Assembly (NCBI GenBank): GCA_040954595.2
Contig: CM082585.2
Span: forward strand, 2,448,902 to 2,512,901
Source: Balanoglossus misakiensis
Taxonomy: Eukaryota > Animalia > Hemichordata
DNA: 64,000 nucleotides
Direction of reading: 5' to 3'
Positions 11,986-24,700 of the stretch are shown piece by piece. The position numbers and the translations under genes are program-made. A model generated the notes under the pieces. The model saw only the letters and a program-made list of their open reading frames with translations, was not told where the DNA came from and did no database searches. Numbering within the stretch: position 1 is the first letter of the stretch; each line of letters begins with the position of its first letter.

Positions 11986-14900
11986 CTTGGCTCAGATGTG
12001 CGTTAATGTGTACTAAACAAATTCAGATAGCGAGCCACAATATCTGTTGATGAGTTTCCATGGCAGCCATTTTTTCATTTTTTAGGTCCCATTGGTATAG
12101 GCCTATATACCATGGGACCTTATGGGATGGGTTGCGTCTGTATGTATGTATGGATGGATGGATGTATGGATGTATGGATGTATGTCTGTATGTCCGTCCA
12201 CATCAAAAACTTGAAAACCGCTGCGCGTATCACCTCAATATTTGGTGTGTAGGTGCAGGCAGGGCTGTAGATGGGAGTTTGTCCAAACGAAGTTGCCAGG
12301 CCCAAAAATATGCAAATTAGCTTGGAAATTGTGAAATTGATCAAAACTCTGTAAGTCAACAACTACTGGTCAGATTGCTTTGAAAATTGGTATGCATGTA
12401 CCTTATGTCAACCTCACACCGACCTGTAAGTGTTAAGTTGATATCATGGATGTTTTATTTTTTATGATTTTTTTAGTCTTTTTATTAAATTTATACCTTT
12501 ACTTATACCTCAATGGTTAAGCTATGTCCACGTCTTATTGTGGAATTCTGGTCTGTGCAATAGTCCTGTACAGTGACTGTCTATTGGTCAGTGAGCACAA
12601 CGGGGCCAAAATAAAAGGCAAATTTTTGGGCTCACCTGTAACACCTGCTTAACACATTAATTATGTGCATACCTAATTCCGGGCTAACTAATAGGGCTAG
12701 AGGTTTCGTTCTTGTGGGACATGGACCAGTATAGGGTCAAAATTTCTTGCCCAAATTTTGGGTGACCTCAGGTGACCTTTGACCTACTTTCCTATATCTC
12801 GGCATCCAGAGCAGGTACAGACTTGGCGTTTGGGGGGTTGGGACTAAAATTGAAAAGCCAAAATATAGGTCACCTGTGACACCTGCATATCTCATTAATT
12901 ATGTGCATACCTAATTCCAGGCTAACCAATAGGGCTATAGGTTTTGTTTTTGTTGAACATGGACCAGTATAGGGTCAAAATTTCTTGCCCAAATTTTGCA
13001 TGACCTCAGGTGACCTTTGACCTACTTTTCCATATCTTGGCATCCAGAGCAGGTACAGACTTGGCGTTTGGGGGGTTGGGACTAAAATTGAAAAGCCAAA
13101 ATTGGGGGTCACCTGTGACACCTGCATATCTCATTAATTATGTGCATCCCTAATTCCAGGCTAACCAATAAGGCTATAGGTTTGGTTTTTATTGAACATG
13201 GACCAGTATAAGGTCAAAATTTCTTGCCCAAATTTTGCATGAGCTCAGGTGACCTTTGACCTACTTTATCATATCTTGGCACCCAGAGCAGGTACAGACT
13301 TGGCGTTTGGAGGGTTGGGACTAAAATTGAAAAGCCAAAATTGGGGGTCACCTGTGACACCTGCATATCTCATTAATGATGTGCATACCTAATTTCAGGC
13401 TAACCAATAGGGCTATAGGTTTGGTTTTTGTTGAACATGGACCAGTATAGGGTCAAAATTTCTTGCCCAAATTTTGCATGACCTCAGGTGACCTTTGACC
13501 TACTTTTCCATATCTTGGCATCGAGAGCAGATATGCTTATTGCTATGTTGCTATGTGCTATGTCCTCAAATGGGACCACAGTGTCCTTGACGCTATTTTT
13601 CAAAATGGCCACCAATACAGATAATCTCACCCACAAAATAACAATTATAAAACACCACAATAAATTCATATTACAATATTTGAAACAAGAAACTGCTCAA
13701 AGAGTAATTTTCAAAATATATATCATCACTAAACTAGTTATAGGGGTAAATACAGGATCAAGATTCAGTCGCTAAAGAAATTCAAGTTTGGTAATAACCC
13801 CGGTTACAACAAACTTAGTTAAAACACTGTATAACCATATATATATTATAATAGTGGCCTGGCATAAACACAATTTTCGTAACATTTGGGCATTTTGTGA
13901 TAAAAGTTTAACAAGTAAAGCTCAGTTGATTCGTTATTTTCCCCATAAAAATATCTTTGATGAACAAAATTCCAAATTTAGTCAACCCAGGAAAAAACGG
14001 CATCTTGTTTCTCAACCTTATAAATTGATCTGACCAGTTTCAATCAGTGCAGAATCCAGCTTTTCTATTTTATCTTCATCAAATGATTCATGCAAATAAA
14101 GAATCACTTCCCCATAAAATGGTGGCAGAAAGCAAGTATCATGACAGTCGATTGGTTTGTTAAAGTTACTATAGAAACAAACTATGTCTAGGGTGCATGT
14201 ACATAGATAGATGTTAGGAATCAAAATCAAAATCTGTTTCAAACTTTTCATCCAATACTTGTCCTTCGGAAAGCGTTTTGATGAAGTCGCTTGAAGTGCT
14301 TTGTATTGCTCATGTTATCGATAATTTTAATCGCACCTTGATGATAGTCAGCAGTTCTATTTTGACATGTTATTTTGTGTATTTTTGAACCCCCAAAATC
14401 AAAGAATAAAATGATAAAGTGAAAATAAGCTTCAAAACACCAAAAGTCTTCAGGATCACAGCTTTTCTGTAAAGAGTAAGATTTCGCTTACTTCATGCTA
14501 TTAAATGAAATGAAGTTTTCCGTATATCTCTTGCAAAGTCAGATCTTTACACATTGAGATATTAGAATGGAAGTACATTCCAAGTGACTTGTTGGGAGCC
14601 TTGGGGCACCTAATCCCAGAAAATTGCAATAAGACCTGTTTTTCCATTTACCAATCTAAAGGCCAACTGCTTGTATATTTAGTTGGGTTTCTATAATTAA
14701 CACACATTTTTGACAATATTTATGGCATGATGGACACTATTCTCGACAAATAAAATAATGTTGTGTCCTCCGGTGTAATTTTTATGAGTTTGGAATCATA
14801 GACACCATTTATCTTTTGGTCAACTCTGTTAACAGTCGCCAAAATTGCTGGAGTGGAACTGATACATGATCTAAAGTATCAAGACATATGGTCGATTATT

Positions 14901-15716
14901 AACGTTTCAGCAATTTGACTTAAGTTTCTTTAATTTCCTATGGCATTTTGACAAACATCAACGCCCCGAAAAAACGTTGTCAACGCTGCGGTGGCGATTG
15001 TGGTCGAAACAAAGCCGCGTGGTTCGTTACCCGGGGTCAATTTAGATTGCATTGCGTTTGAGGCCCTATGTCTGTCGACCAATAAACGTGACGACCGCGG
15101 ACTCAGTTTGGATCAACGTCTATTTCGGGCAGTGGACTCTCCTATCAAGTTGATAAGGAAATTTTACCAGTCACGAGTAAGCCAAGCCCACATCCGTGTG
15201 CAATTCGAATATATCGGTGATCTGTTTATATGATTATCATTAGCTAAGGTGGTAAACTGTTGTGATTCATATGTGTAATTTACGTACTGCAAGTTAAATA
15301 TCGCAATTAGCCTAATGTTTGACCATAGACAGTATGGTTTGACTTCTAGAGGAGCACCTATTAATCCGAAAGGGATTAAAAGTTGTGCCTTTAAATTGTG
15401 TTTTGATAACTTACTTACCCCTATAAGTAGTTTAGTAACCATAATATCTTTGCAAATTATTCTTTCCACAGTTCCTTGTATCAAATATAGTAATCTAAAT
15501 TTAATTTGGTGTTTACAGATGTTATTTGGTGGGTGAAATTATCTGTATTGGTGGCCATTTTGAAAAATTGGTTGCCATGGAAACTCCTCAACAGATATTT
15601 AGTGGCTCCCTATCTGAATTTTTTTAGTACACATTAACACACATCTGAGCCAAGTTTGGTGCTTTTATCACAAAATGCACAATCGCTATGAAAATTAGGG
15701 TTTGGCCGCTCCACTA
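11986..15716. mobile_element. Inner long-TIR (Academ-like) element; its left TIR is truncated and split by the HINE
   Basis: 11986-12077 plus 13596-13640 equal the reverse complement of ~15520-15655. The right end is ...GCCGCTCCACTA at 15716. Confidence 0.7.
12078..13600 (+). mobile_element. HINE/DINE-1-like element with an internal 239-bp tandem array (~3.75 units)
   Basis: 5' T-run plus subterminal GGTCCCAT...ATGGGACC inverted repeat, then a GTAT/GGAT microsatellite. Array units at 12633, 12871, 13110, 13349. 3' ATGGGACC plus hairpin AGTGTC-CTT-GACGCT plus T-run. Confidence 0.85.
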
Positions 15717-18700
15717 CAGGGCTTTAGACGGCCATATTGAATTGCCACATCGAGGCTCTTATCTCAAAATGAACTTCACACTTGAAGTGTTGTTTTGAAC
15801 AAGGTTTAAGTCCTTTATTAAAATAAAGAAAAGGTAATTTTTTTTCCAATGATTGTGAGTTTTTAGTACATGTACTGTTACACCTAGCTTTATTATTATT
15901 TGTTAGCCAAAAATCAACGAATTATTCATACAATATGCAAATTTTTGCATAATTATTGTTTTATTGTTGCTAGTTTGTGTTTATAGAACCAAAAAAGTTG
16001 TTGTTGTAAACATGTAGTTTATTTTCATTGTTTAAGGAGGTACGTGAACATTTCTTTGATGCTATTCATGTGAGAATTGCGATCCTTGGCGGCCATATTT
16101 GATTTGCCAAAACGAGGCTCTTATCTCAAAAAGATCTTTTGGGAACAGGCATTTTTGAAATCAGCGTAGTCGAATTGACCAAAAAACATATTTGGTTTGC
16201 TTGTACCAAAAAATGCCAGAGGGGGTCACAATTTCTCAAATCTCCACCTGACTATTTCTGCCACAGTGATCACAGGATATTTCTTCGTAGACTATGGCAG
16301 ATAGCTGTCACAAGTTTGCGACATTGAACGTAAAACACACAATCTTTAGCTCGTTCAAGATATCATTGATGAAACCATTACTTTTGAGGGAATGTCCGTG
16401 AAATTGGCGGGTGACCATGTTTACTTGAACAAAGAGGGGCCGATCACGCATATTGTGAAATAAAACAGTGACAAAGATAAGGACGAGGGGTGGGTAATGG
16501 TTCAAGTTGAGGTTAGAGTTATGGTAAGGTTAATGGGTTTTGTCTAAATGGTATGAATGCTCTATTATTCAAGTACGCATGTTCACCCTCCTCTACCCTT
16601 TCTAGAAATGATGGTTTCGTCCGCAGGGGATTTTTGTTACACATGAATCCATAGTAAGAAATTGCCGGCGAAACTAAGTGTCACAACTTCATGCATTCCC
16701 AGACACAAAATTGATACTACAGCTTCCTTCTTTCGTTAGGGTAATAAGATTGACTGGTGGAAAGGAAATCGTCAATTGTTGAAACTGGCGTTTGTCAGAG
16801 GGAAATTTGAATGGCCGCAAAGTGCCATCATCAGAGCAGTATACACCAATTTCCCATATATCAATCTCAAACGAAGGAATTGTAATTAAAAATTGGCCTA
16901 AATTTGAAATTTGACATTTAGCTTTTTTCAATTTTCATTTTTGAAGATGCAAATCGGTTTATTGGTTGGCTGAAATATGCCAGGGATTTTGTCAACTCCA
17001 GGCGTTTAACGTGTAACAGTCTACCAGTTCTCAATATTCTGCAATTGATTTGTGGGAAATATGGCCGCCGCTCATTCCTAGTAACACTGAAGAAACTCGC
17101 CGCTGCTCTCGTTCACAAAATAACACATGCAATGCCCAGCTGTAGTCCAAATCAAGACGGCACAGGTTATCACTGAGCTAATAATAGAGATACCGTCATC
17201 AAAATCCGCATGTTTTCCCACACCCTCCCCCTATTAAAGGTATTTCATAAATTAAATGCCCGGGCCAAGCTTAGAATACAAGTCAGAACATCGGAAAGCT
17301 GTCGAAGCCAATGAGAGTTCCTGTCAATTTTCAAGACCAAAGAGCAAACTACTAGAAAGCAAACATATTCTGAGATGTTTGCCAAATGGAGTTGTTTTGA
17401 TAAGGAAGTTCGTAATTAAATTTTTGAAAATCGAATAACGAACAGGGTCTAAATGGTTTTAAAATAGTATGCTATTTTACTGGACAGCTAGGAAGACGTT
17501 TATGACCGTCTTTACCTTAACATGAAAGGAAAGTGTTTTAACCATTTGAGACCTATTTTCCAGAGTTCATGTGTTTTGTCCAAGCAGACCCATTTTTACA
17601 GAAACTGCCTGTCCAACCCAGAGCATAAAAATGGCTATTTGCCATTATTCTATCGCACGTGATTATTTTTGAAATTTCGGGATTTATTTTCCGTGGAAAA
17701 AATCATCTGGATGGCACATACCCGTGCACCTTTGTAGAGGAGTAACCCCGCCTCCCGGCCTGTTGTGCAGGATACGGGGCACCCCACATGTTACAGTTAT
17801 TTATTTGTTGCGCTTTCTTTTGCTTCGTCGTTGTTAGTGACTGCTAACACACTGCAGTTTAAATACAAATACAATACAGGCGTCACCGGTCTTGTAGCAA
17901 TAACTCATGGTTAGGTCCGCAACTTTCCGGTATTAGAAGATTATTGATCGAATACCGAATTACGAACTTCGATATCAACACTCTGATCCTAACCTCTCAA
18001 TTGACTCGACGTTGATAAAATATTGCTTATGGTGGTTTGCTATTCAAAAAAGTCAAAAAGCGAATTCGTTGCTCTCAAAATAGATGAATTCTTTTTCACT
18101 GCAGGTAGCAACGGACCAAATAGTCTCCGTCAAACGTTTTGATACTCTGCATAAACCTGTACCGGTCTGTTGCCGTGACAGAAGTTACACAGGTGACATC
18201 TAAAAGACCATCAATACTACAAATATCAGTACAGTATTACCAGTCAGTTATTTTGGCCATTGGTGACTGAGCATGTAAAGTTACAAACCTCATCTTTAGC
18301 ATTGACGTCAGCTCCGTGGTTTATCAATGCTTGTGCCGCTTCCAGTTTATTATTGAAGGCTGCTACATGCAATGCTGTGGATTCAGGCTGAAATTGACAA
18401 ATTCATTTTAATTAAAATTAGCACAAGCTATATTCCAATGTTGAACATTTTACGTGAAAAGTTTGTAATTTTCATTTCAATTGAATTGTTGTAAGTGTTG
18501 ACTTACATTATGATTTATTGTGTAGTATCTATTGTTGTTTCCGACCAGAAACACTTCATTGTTGCAGATAACATATTTATAACATGTCCATAGGTATTTC
18601 AATCAAGTATGATTTTATTCTAGTATATATCCAACATCCTATACGTGTTTATGCACACTTATCTGGCCAACAGGTTCTAATATCTTGAAAATTTCAACCA

Positions 18701-18979
18701 TACGTAGTACTCTAACAGGTTAAAATGACGGGCGTGATGCACCCGACACATATTTCTTTATTTACGTAAGTTTGGGTCTAGCCCGCTATGAACCCCACAT
18801 TGGCATGGGACATCAATACAATACTGAAGGTTGCTAGGAAACAGCAGAAATGAATTAATTAAGCCAACCTTGACATTTCTGGCAAACTTGTTTTTTTTTT
18901 AAACGCAACAGATCTTAGTACCCATTAAGGGAACCGAAAACACTTCATTTATTAGTTTCGATGGAATTTTTCTGTCTGT

Positions 18980-21360
18980 AGGGCCCAAGCGCACACAATT
19001 TTTTAGGGGCCGAGTGCTTGGGCCCTATTGGTTTCGTTGGGGTTTTTCATTCTTTCTTTCTTTTTTCATTCTTTAGGGCCCAAGCTCTTGGGCCCGTTTG
19101 GTTTTTGATGCATGTGGATTAGTGTGTGATCAAAATATTTTGCTACTTTTCATGGCCCCTTTGACCTCTGCTGACCTCATTAAATATGCACATACCTAAA
19201 TACAGGCGAACCAATAGAGCTAGAGTTTTGCTTTTTGTTGGACATGGACCAGTATGGGTAAAAAAAAATTCCCGAAATTAGGGTGACCTCAGGTGACCTT
19301 TGACCTACTTTACTCTATTTAAGCAGCAAAAAATACATACGTCCTTGTTATGTCATGAGATAAAACACCCGATAGAGCATTCTGTTTCTTCTCATTTATA
19401 CTCTGCATATATTATTCCCGATCAGCGCTTGGGCCCGACAATGCTGCTTGCATCTTTAATTAGGGCCCAAGCGCACGCAAGCTGTTGGGTCCTATTGGTT
19501 TCGTTGGAATTTTTTAGGGGCCCAAGCCTACCAGGCTTGGGCCCTATTGGTATTACTGGTTTTCTTTTCTTTCTTTTTTTCTTGTGTAGTTTTTTCGGCA
19601 AATAGGATATTGGAAACGGCTGAACCTACAAATATCAGACTTGGCACAGCGGTGCACATACGTCCTTGTTATGTCATGAGATAAAACACCCGATAGAGCA
19701 TTCTGTTTCTTCTCATTCATACTCTGCATATATTATTCCCGATCAGTGCTTGGGCCCGACAATGCTGCTTGCATCTTTAATTAGGGCCCAAGCGCACGCA
19801 AGCTGTTGGGTCCTATTGGTTTCGTTGGAATTTTTTAGGGGCCCAAGCCTACCAGGCTTGGGCCCTATTGGTATTACTGGTTTTCTTTTCTTTCTTTTTT
19901 TCTTGTGTAGTTTTTTCGGCAAATAGGATCTTGGAAACGGCTGAACCTACAAATATCAGACTTGGCACAGCGGTGCAGTACGGCGCGCCAAGTGTTTCAG
20001 AATTATTTATCATTATTTTATAGAAGATTGATGTTTTTTAACAAAAAAAAACGTACAAAAACACAATAAACTGATTGGTGCTTCAAAAAACAACGAGTGT
20101 AGGCCCATTTCTGCGGAAACAGACGCCGGTATCTATATCTGTGCCTTCGGAGAACAATTTTTGTAGGCCTATATGGAAATTTTGCCACTTTGATTTTAGT
20201 CAGCAACTAGTGAAACGAACGTAAACAAAACAGCTGCATGCATATCTTGGGTAATTTGTTTACCCCTGATTCTTGAAGCTCATGTGGTCTTGATATAAAC
20301 AGTCAAAGGTCAAAAGTGGTATCCGGGTTTACGGACGACCTCTGGACATCGCCAAGTGAACGTCCAGTCACGTTTTTTGAGACAACGAAGCAATTTCCAA
20401 GCGACCAGCGCGAGCTGCACTCATTTTTAAGCATAACAAAACTGATGATGACTGTTTAATTGACAGGCATGGCTTGAAAAGTACGATACTGCGGACATGC
20501 CTTGAGCGAGTTTCCTCCCTTCCTCTTGTTATACCCAGTACTCGCTGACCGATATTTACTTTATCAATTTAATCAGTGGATGGGGCACACAGATTAAGTC
20601 ATTAGCAGGTGCTTGATGGGAAAGGCGATAGCTTTTATTCTGGATTAGCTAATGATAAGACAGGTGGGGAAAATGCAGATCAAAACTCCGCCATTTATAA
20701 TTTTCATGTTTGCAGCCCACTGTGCAGGTACACTTCTCAAACTTGCTACAGTGGTCGGGGACAACGAGTAGTCGTGCATTGAACCCTTGAATATTTAATT
20801 AGTAATGTGACCTGTGGCCATATTGGTTTCTAAAAAAATGCGGATCTCAGATCTCAGTAACTACAAGTCCGATTGACTTCAAATTTAGTAAGCAGCTAGT
20901 GTACCTTATGCCCATCATTTTTGTAATTGAATGAATTATTACAGCTAGAGGTTTGCTTTTAGTTGGACATGGATAAATATGGGGCCAAAATTGTCACCCA
21001 AATTTTGGGTCTTTGACCTACTTTTCCATATCCCGGCATCCAAAACAGATACAGCCTTAGCGTTTGGAGGTATGGGGCCATAATGAAAAGCCAAAGTGTT
21101 GGCTCACCTGTGACACCTGCTTAATTCATTATGTATGTGCATACCGAATTCCGGGCTAACCAAAAGGGCTAGAGGTCTGGTTTTTGTTGGACATGGACCA
21201 CTACGGGTCAAAATTTTCTACCCAAATTTTGGGTGACCGCTAGATGACCTTTGACCTACTTTAAATATATCTGCACCAAAACATAGATATAACCTTGTTA
21301 TTTCATGGGATAAAACACACAGCATTATGTTTCTACTCATTAATTACGTGCATATTAAAT
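18980..21360 (+). mobile_element. Cluster of a second HINE-like family (GGGCCCAAGC termini), including a 321-bp tandem duplication (19336-19977)
   Basis: Repeated 5' ends TAGGGCCCAAGC...GCTTGGGCCCTATTG and 3' ends TTGGGCCC..ATGCTGCTTGCA. Shares the GACATGGACC...GGTGACCTTTGACCTACTT module with the 239-bp unit. Confidence 0.65.
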
Positions 21361-21449
21361 GATGTCCTATATACATAATAAGACAGGGGTATAGACCCAT
21401 ATATGGTTGTAATCTGCCATAGGGTCCTACATAGAGTTTAATAATTAAA

Positions 21450-22040
21450 CAAAGTTTAAAGCATGGAAACCAAATTAGTATAGGTAAAATTGTAAGAGCG
21501 GTGACTACACATAGAAACTTCTGAAATTGTAAAGTCGTCTATCTGCTTAAATTGTCTCTGATATTTGAGTTCAAGTAAAGTAAAAAATACGTTGTCCAAC
21601 AATTACATGTAGCACATCGAAACTTTCAAAAAGTACATAGGTTGGGATATCAAAATCAGCATTAAGTAACACTCTTCTGGCACGCTTCTGCATTTTATAA
21701 AACTTATAAATATTTTAGAAGTCGCATTTCCCAACACAATAGAAGAGTAGTCAATGACAGATTGAAATCCTTTCTGAGGTGTAAAGGTATGAAATTACAA
21801 AGGCGCCTAAGTAGTGCAACTTTCCGACTCAAAGTAATACACAATTTATCAATATGTTTGTCCCATGAAATAAAATTGCCTAATGTTGATCCTAGTATGT
21901 TTTTAGTGGTGACACATTAAATTTGTTTGTCATTAATGGAGATGTCCAATTGTTCACCGGAAATGTTCAAGTATTTTATTTTTGACGAGATCCGACTAAC
22001 ATAGCTTTCGTTTCGCCCTCATTTATGATCATTCCATTAC
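21450..22040 (-). pseudogene. Old decayed CR1/L2-type LINE ORF2 fragment
   Basis: Broken frames read IDYSSIV.GNA...KMQKRARRVL, with an upstream LGSTLGNFISWDKHIDKLC. Confidence 0.55.
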
Positions 22041-22057
22041 TACGAATCCAGTTACTT

Positions 22058-23190
22058 AATAATAATAATAATAATTTATTTGTATAGCGTCAGTATCCAC
22101 AAAAAGATGTGATCAATGACGCTTAAAGCAAAAGTACAATACAACAAATGGCTAAAAAAACAGATTTAAAAAGTAAAGTTTTAACATTTGATTTAAAAAC
22201 AGATAAGTCTGGTGCCTGGCAAATGGTGAGTGGAAGATTATTCCAAAGAATTGGAGCAGCAACAGTAAAAGCGCGATCACCATAACTCTTGGTGCGTGAT
22301 CGAACAGGGCAGAGTTTGAACTGATCAGCTGACCTTAAATTGCGACATGGAACATATAGATTAGTCATGCTAGAAAGATAGATTGGACCAAGTTTATGAA
22401 TGGATTTAAAAATGAGAACTAACATCTTAAAAACAATACGCTCTGTAACAGGTAGCCAGTGCAACTGATACAAAATTGGAGTGATGTGACAGGTGATTTT
22501 AGAACGAGTTACAATTCTAGCAGCAATATTCTGAACGCGTTGGATACGGTTGATTGAATACTTCGGGAGCCCAAATAAAAGTGAATTACATGAATCAATT
22601 CGAGACGTAATGAATGCATGAACTAATTGCTCTGTAGCTGAATGAGATAAATATTTGCGGATAAGCGCAATGCGACGTAAATGAAAAGTGGCAGAGCGGC
22701 AGATCTGTCCAATATGTGGCTTCATTGTCAGACAAGAGTCAAGGATCACTCCAAGGCTCTTAGCCTGACAATGGACGGGAATCAGAGAATCGCCAACACG
22801 AATTTCTGAAATCCCTCTAGCAGACAGATCACCCAAAATACCAGAGAAAATAACAAATTCAGTCTTATCATCGTTTAAGCACAAGAAGTTTTCAGACATC
22901 CAAAACCTAACATCAGAAATACAAAGTTCAAGATTTGAAACAGTTCTTGCTGCGTTGTCTTTACTAAAAGACATATAAAGTGAAGAGTCATCTGCATAAA
23001 AACTATAAAGACAACCATGACTTTGAACTAATTCACCTAATGGAGACGTGTACATATTGAAAAGTATGGGACCAAGAACTGATCCCTGTGGTACCCCAGT
23101 GTCGAGCGGATAAAAAGGTGATTGGGTGGAATTTACAAGTACACACTGACTACGATTGGAAAGGTATGACTTAAACCACATGAGAACAGT
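22058..23190 (-). mobile_element. 5'-truncated L2-clade LINE, RT C-terminal half, with (ATT)n tail
   Basis: ORF 22123-23181 has GVPQGSVLGPILF, YADD, LNDDKTEF and LHWLPV. The 3' end reads CGCTATACAAATAAATTATTATTATT. Confidence 0.9.
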
Positions 23191-24075
23191 ATAAACATTA
23201 CATCATTTTGAAGGGAATCATTTACATGCGAAACAGAAATTCCCAAGGTAGGAAGGGTTTGATCATCAGCGTACATATCAAGTTGCGAGTTATACAAAGC
23301 AAATGTCAAGTCACACTTTCTATGTGTTATGCAATATTAATGAGTGTGTGTATTTTATTTTGGGTGATTTGGTTGTACGTTAAAAAAGTTGTGAGGGAAG
23401 AAGTACAGCACTTACAGGCTTATTTACCATTTTAAAGGGCCAACCACAGTTATTTCCCAGGTTGATTAGCTACCCAGGGCGTTCCTTTTGAAATGAACCT
23501 CTGGGGTAATTTTCTCATTTTAATTCTATGGTTGATTGGCGAGCTGTCTGTGACTCGATCAGGATGACCTCCAATCACAAAGTGTAAATTATAATACGCG
23601 GGACACTAGGATCCAGAATACTTTACCAGGGGTTGGGGCAAATATGTGCAGAGCAATTATTGCACTTAGAAACTAATTTACTTAAGTTTACACCTGGCAT
23701 GTTGAATGACGTGCCCGCCTTAGATTGACACCAGAGTTTCACAAGAAAGTGGATTATGACTCAAAAACGGGAAATTTCCCCTGTACTGACTATTACATGA
23801 ATAGACAGTTACATGAATAGTAGTAATAAGAGCCGTGGTGTGAATGCCAATAGAAGTTGCTCTCCTAGGGCAGCAGGCGAATATGACAACAGCAGATGAC
23901 ATAGTCAACCCACACTTTCTTATTAGTGTTGGGGAAATGATGCCCCTGAATGCATGCCCAGAAACACTTTCCGACGCCAAGTTCGATTTTCAGACCCAAC
24001 TGAAGAGTGGTGGGGAGCCCCAAGTAGAGATCACAAGCCCCACGTGGTGTAAATACTTACCCAGATCACGCATAC

Positions 24076-24160
24076 ACCCTTTGCATTTGACATTGTAGCC
24101 ATTACGTATCAACGATTGAATCCATGCAACATGACCATCTTCAGCGGCATTAATGAGATC
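24076..24160 (-). CDS. Candidate isolated host exon encoding an ankyrin-repeat-like peptide
   Basis: TTACAG acceptor and GTATGC donor flank DLINAAEDGHVAWIQSLIRNGYNVKCKG, which fits the ankyrin L..AA..G.....L+..G..V pattern. Confidence 0.45.
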
Positions 24161-24700
24161 CTGTAACATACAGTGAAACATACAATTGTTTTTTTGTTGA
24201 AATATTTCGTTAATAATAAAATTCTTCACAATTTGAACTGATCTTTTATAATAAATTAACAAAATCACTAACACCATGAAAGAGATAGCTAAACTATTAC
24301 ATCAAATTGTATGAACTTTGTGCATCGATTATATGGTAAAATATTCTAATTACACATAAACGTCCACGGCATGCACAAAAACATAGATACATGTCCTGGA
24401 AAATGCCCGGATGAGCCCATGGATTCAAGAGAACGGTGAACAAATGCAATGATAGTATTACTATGAATATTTGTCCAAACTGTGTGGGCAAGTTATTGTG
24501 TAGCTGTAGTAGTGTGTGGGTCATGCAAGAAGCATTTTTGACTGTTTGATAGGGCTTGCATGATTTCCATAAAAGGAAATGTGAACAAGGTTATGGTCAA
24601 TTCACTGTCCAGCTGCTCTTCTGTTATAGTCTATAGACTGGATGGATGTCGTCCTGTTGGTCAGAACATTGAATCAACAACCGACCAACGGTTAGCCATG

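Larger units (their letters stand above)
10456..16254. mobile_element. Academ-like DNA transposon (TAG...CTA) with ~130-bp imperfect TIRs, carrying nested insertions
   Basis: Left end TAGTCAGGTGGAAATTT...GGCATTTTTTGGTACAAGC...TACGCTGATTTC...TGCCTGTTCCCAAAA matches the reverse complement of ~16130-16254. No clean TSD. Confidence 0.65.

Noticed and set aside
19300-19926. Two near-identical 'paralogous' ORFs
   Set aside because: They arise from the 321-bp tandem duplication of HINE termini and are not coding.
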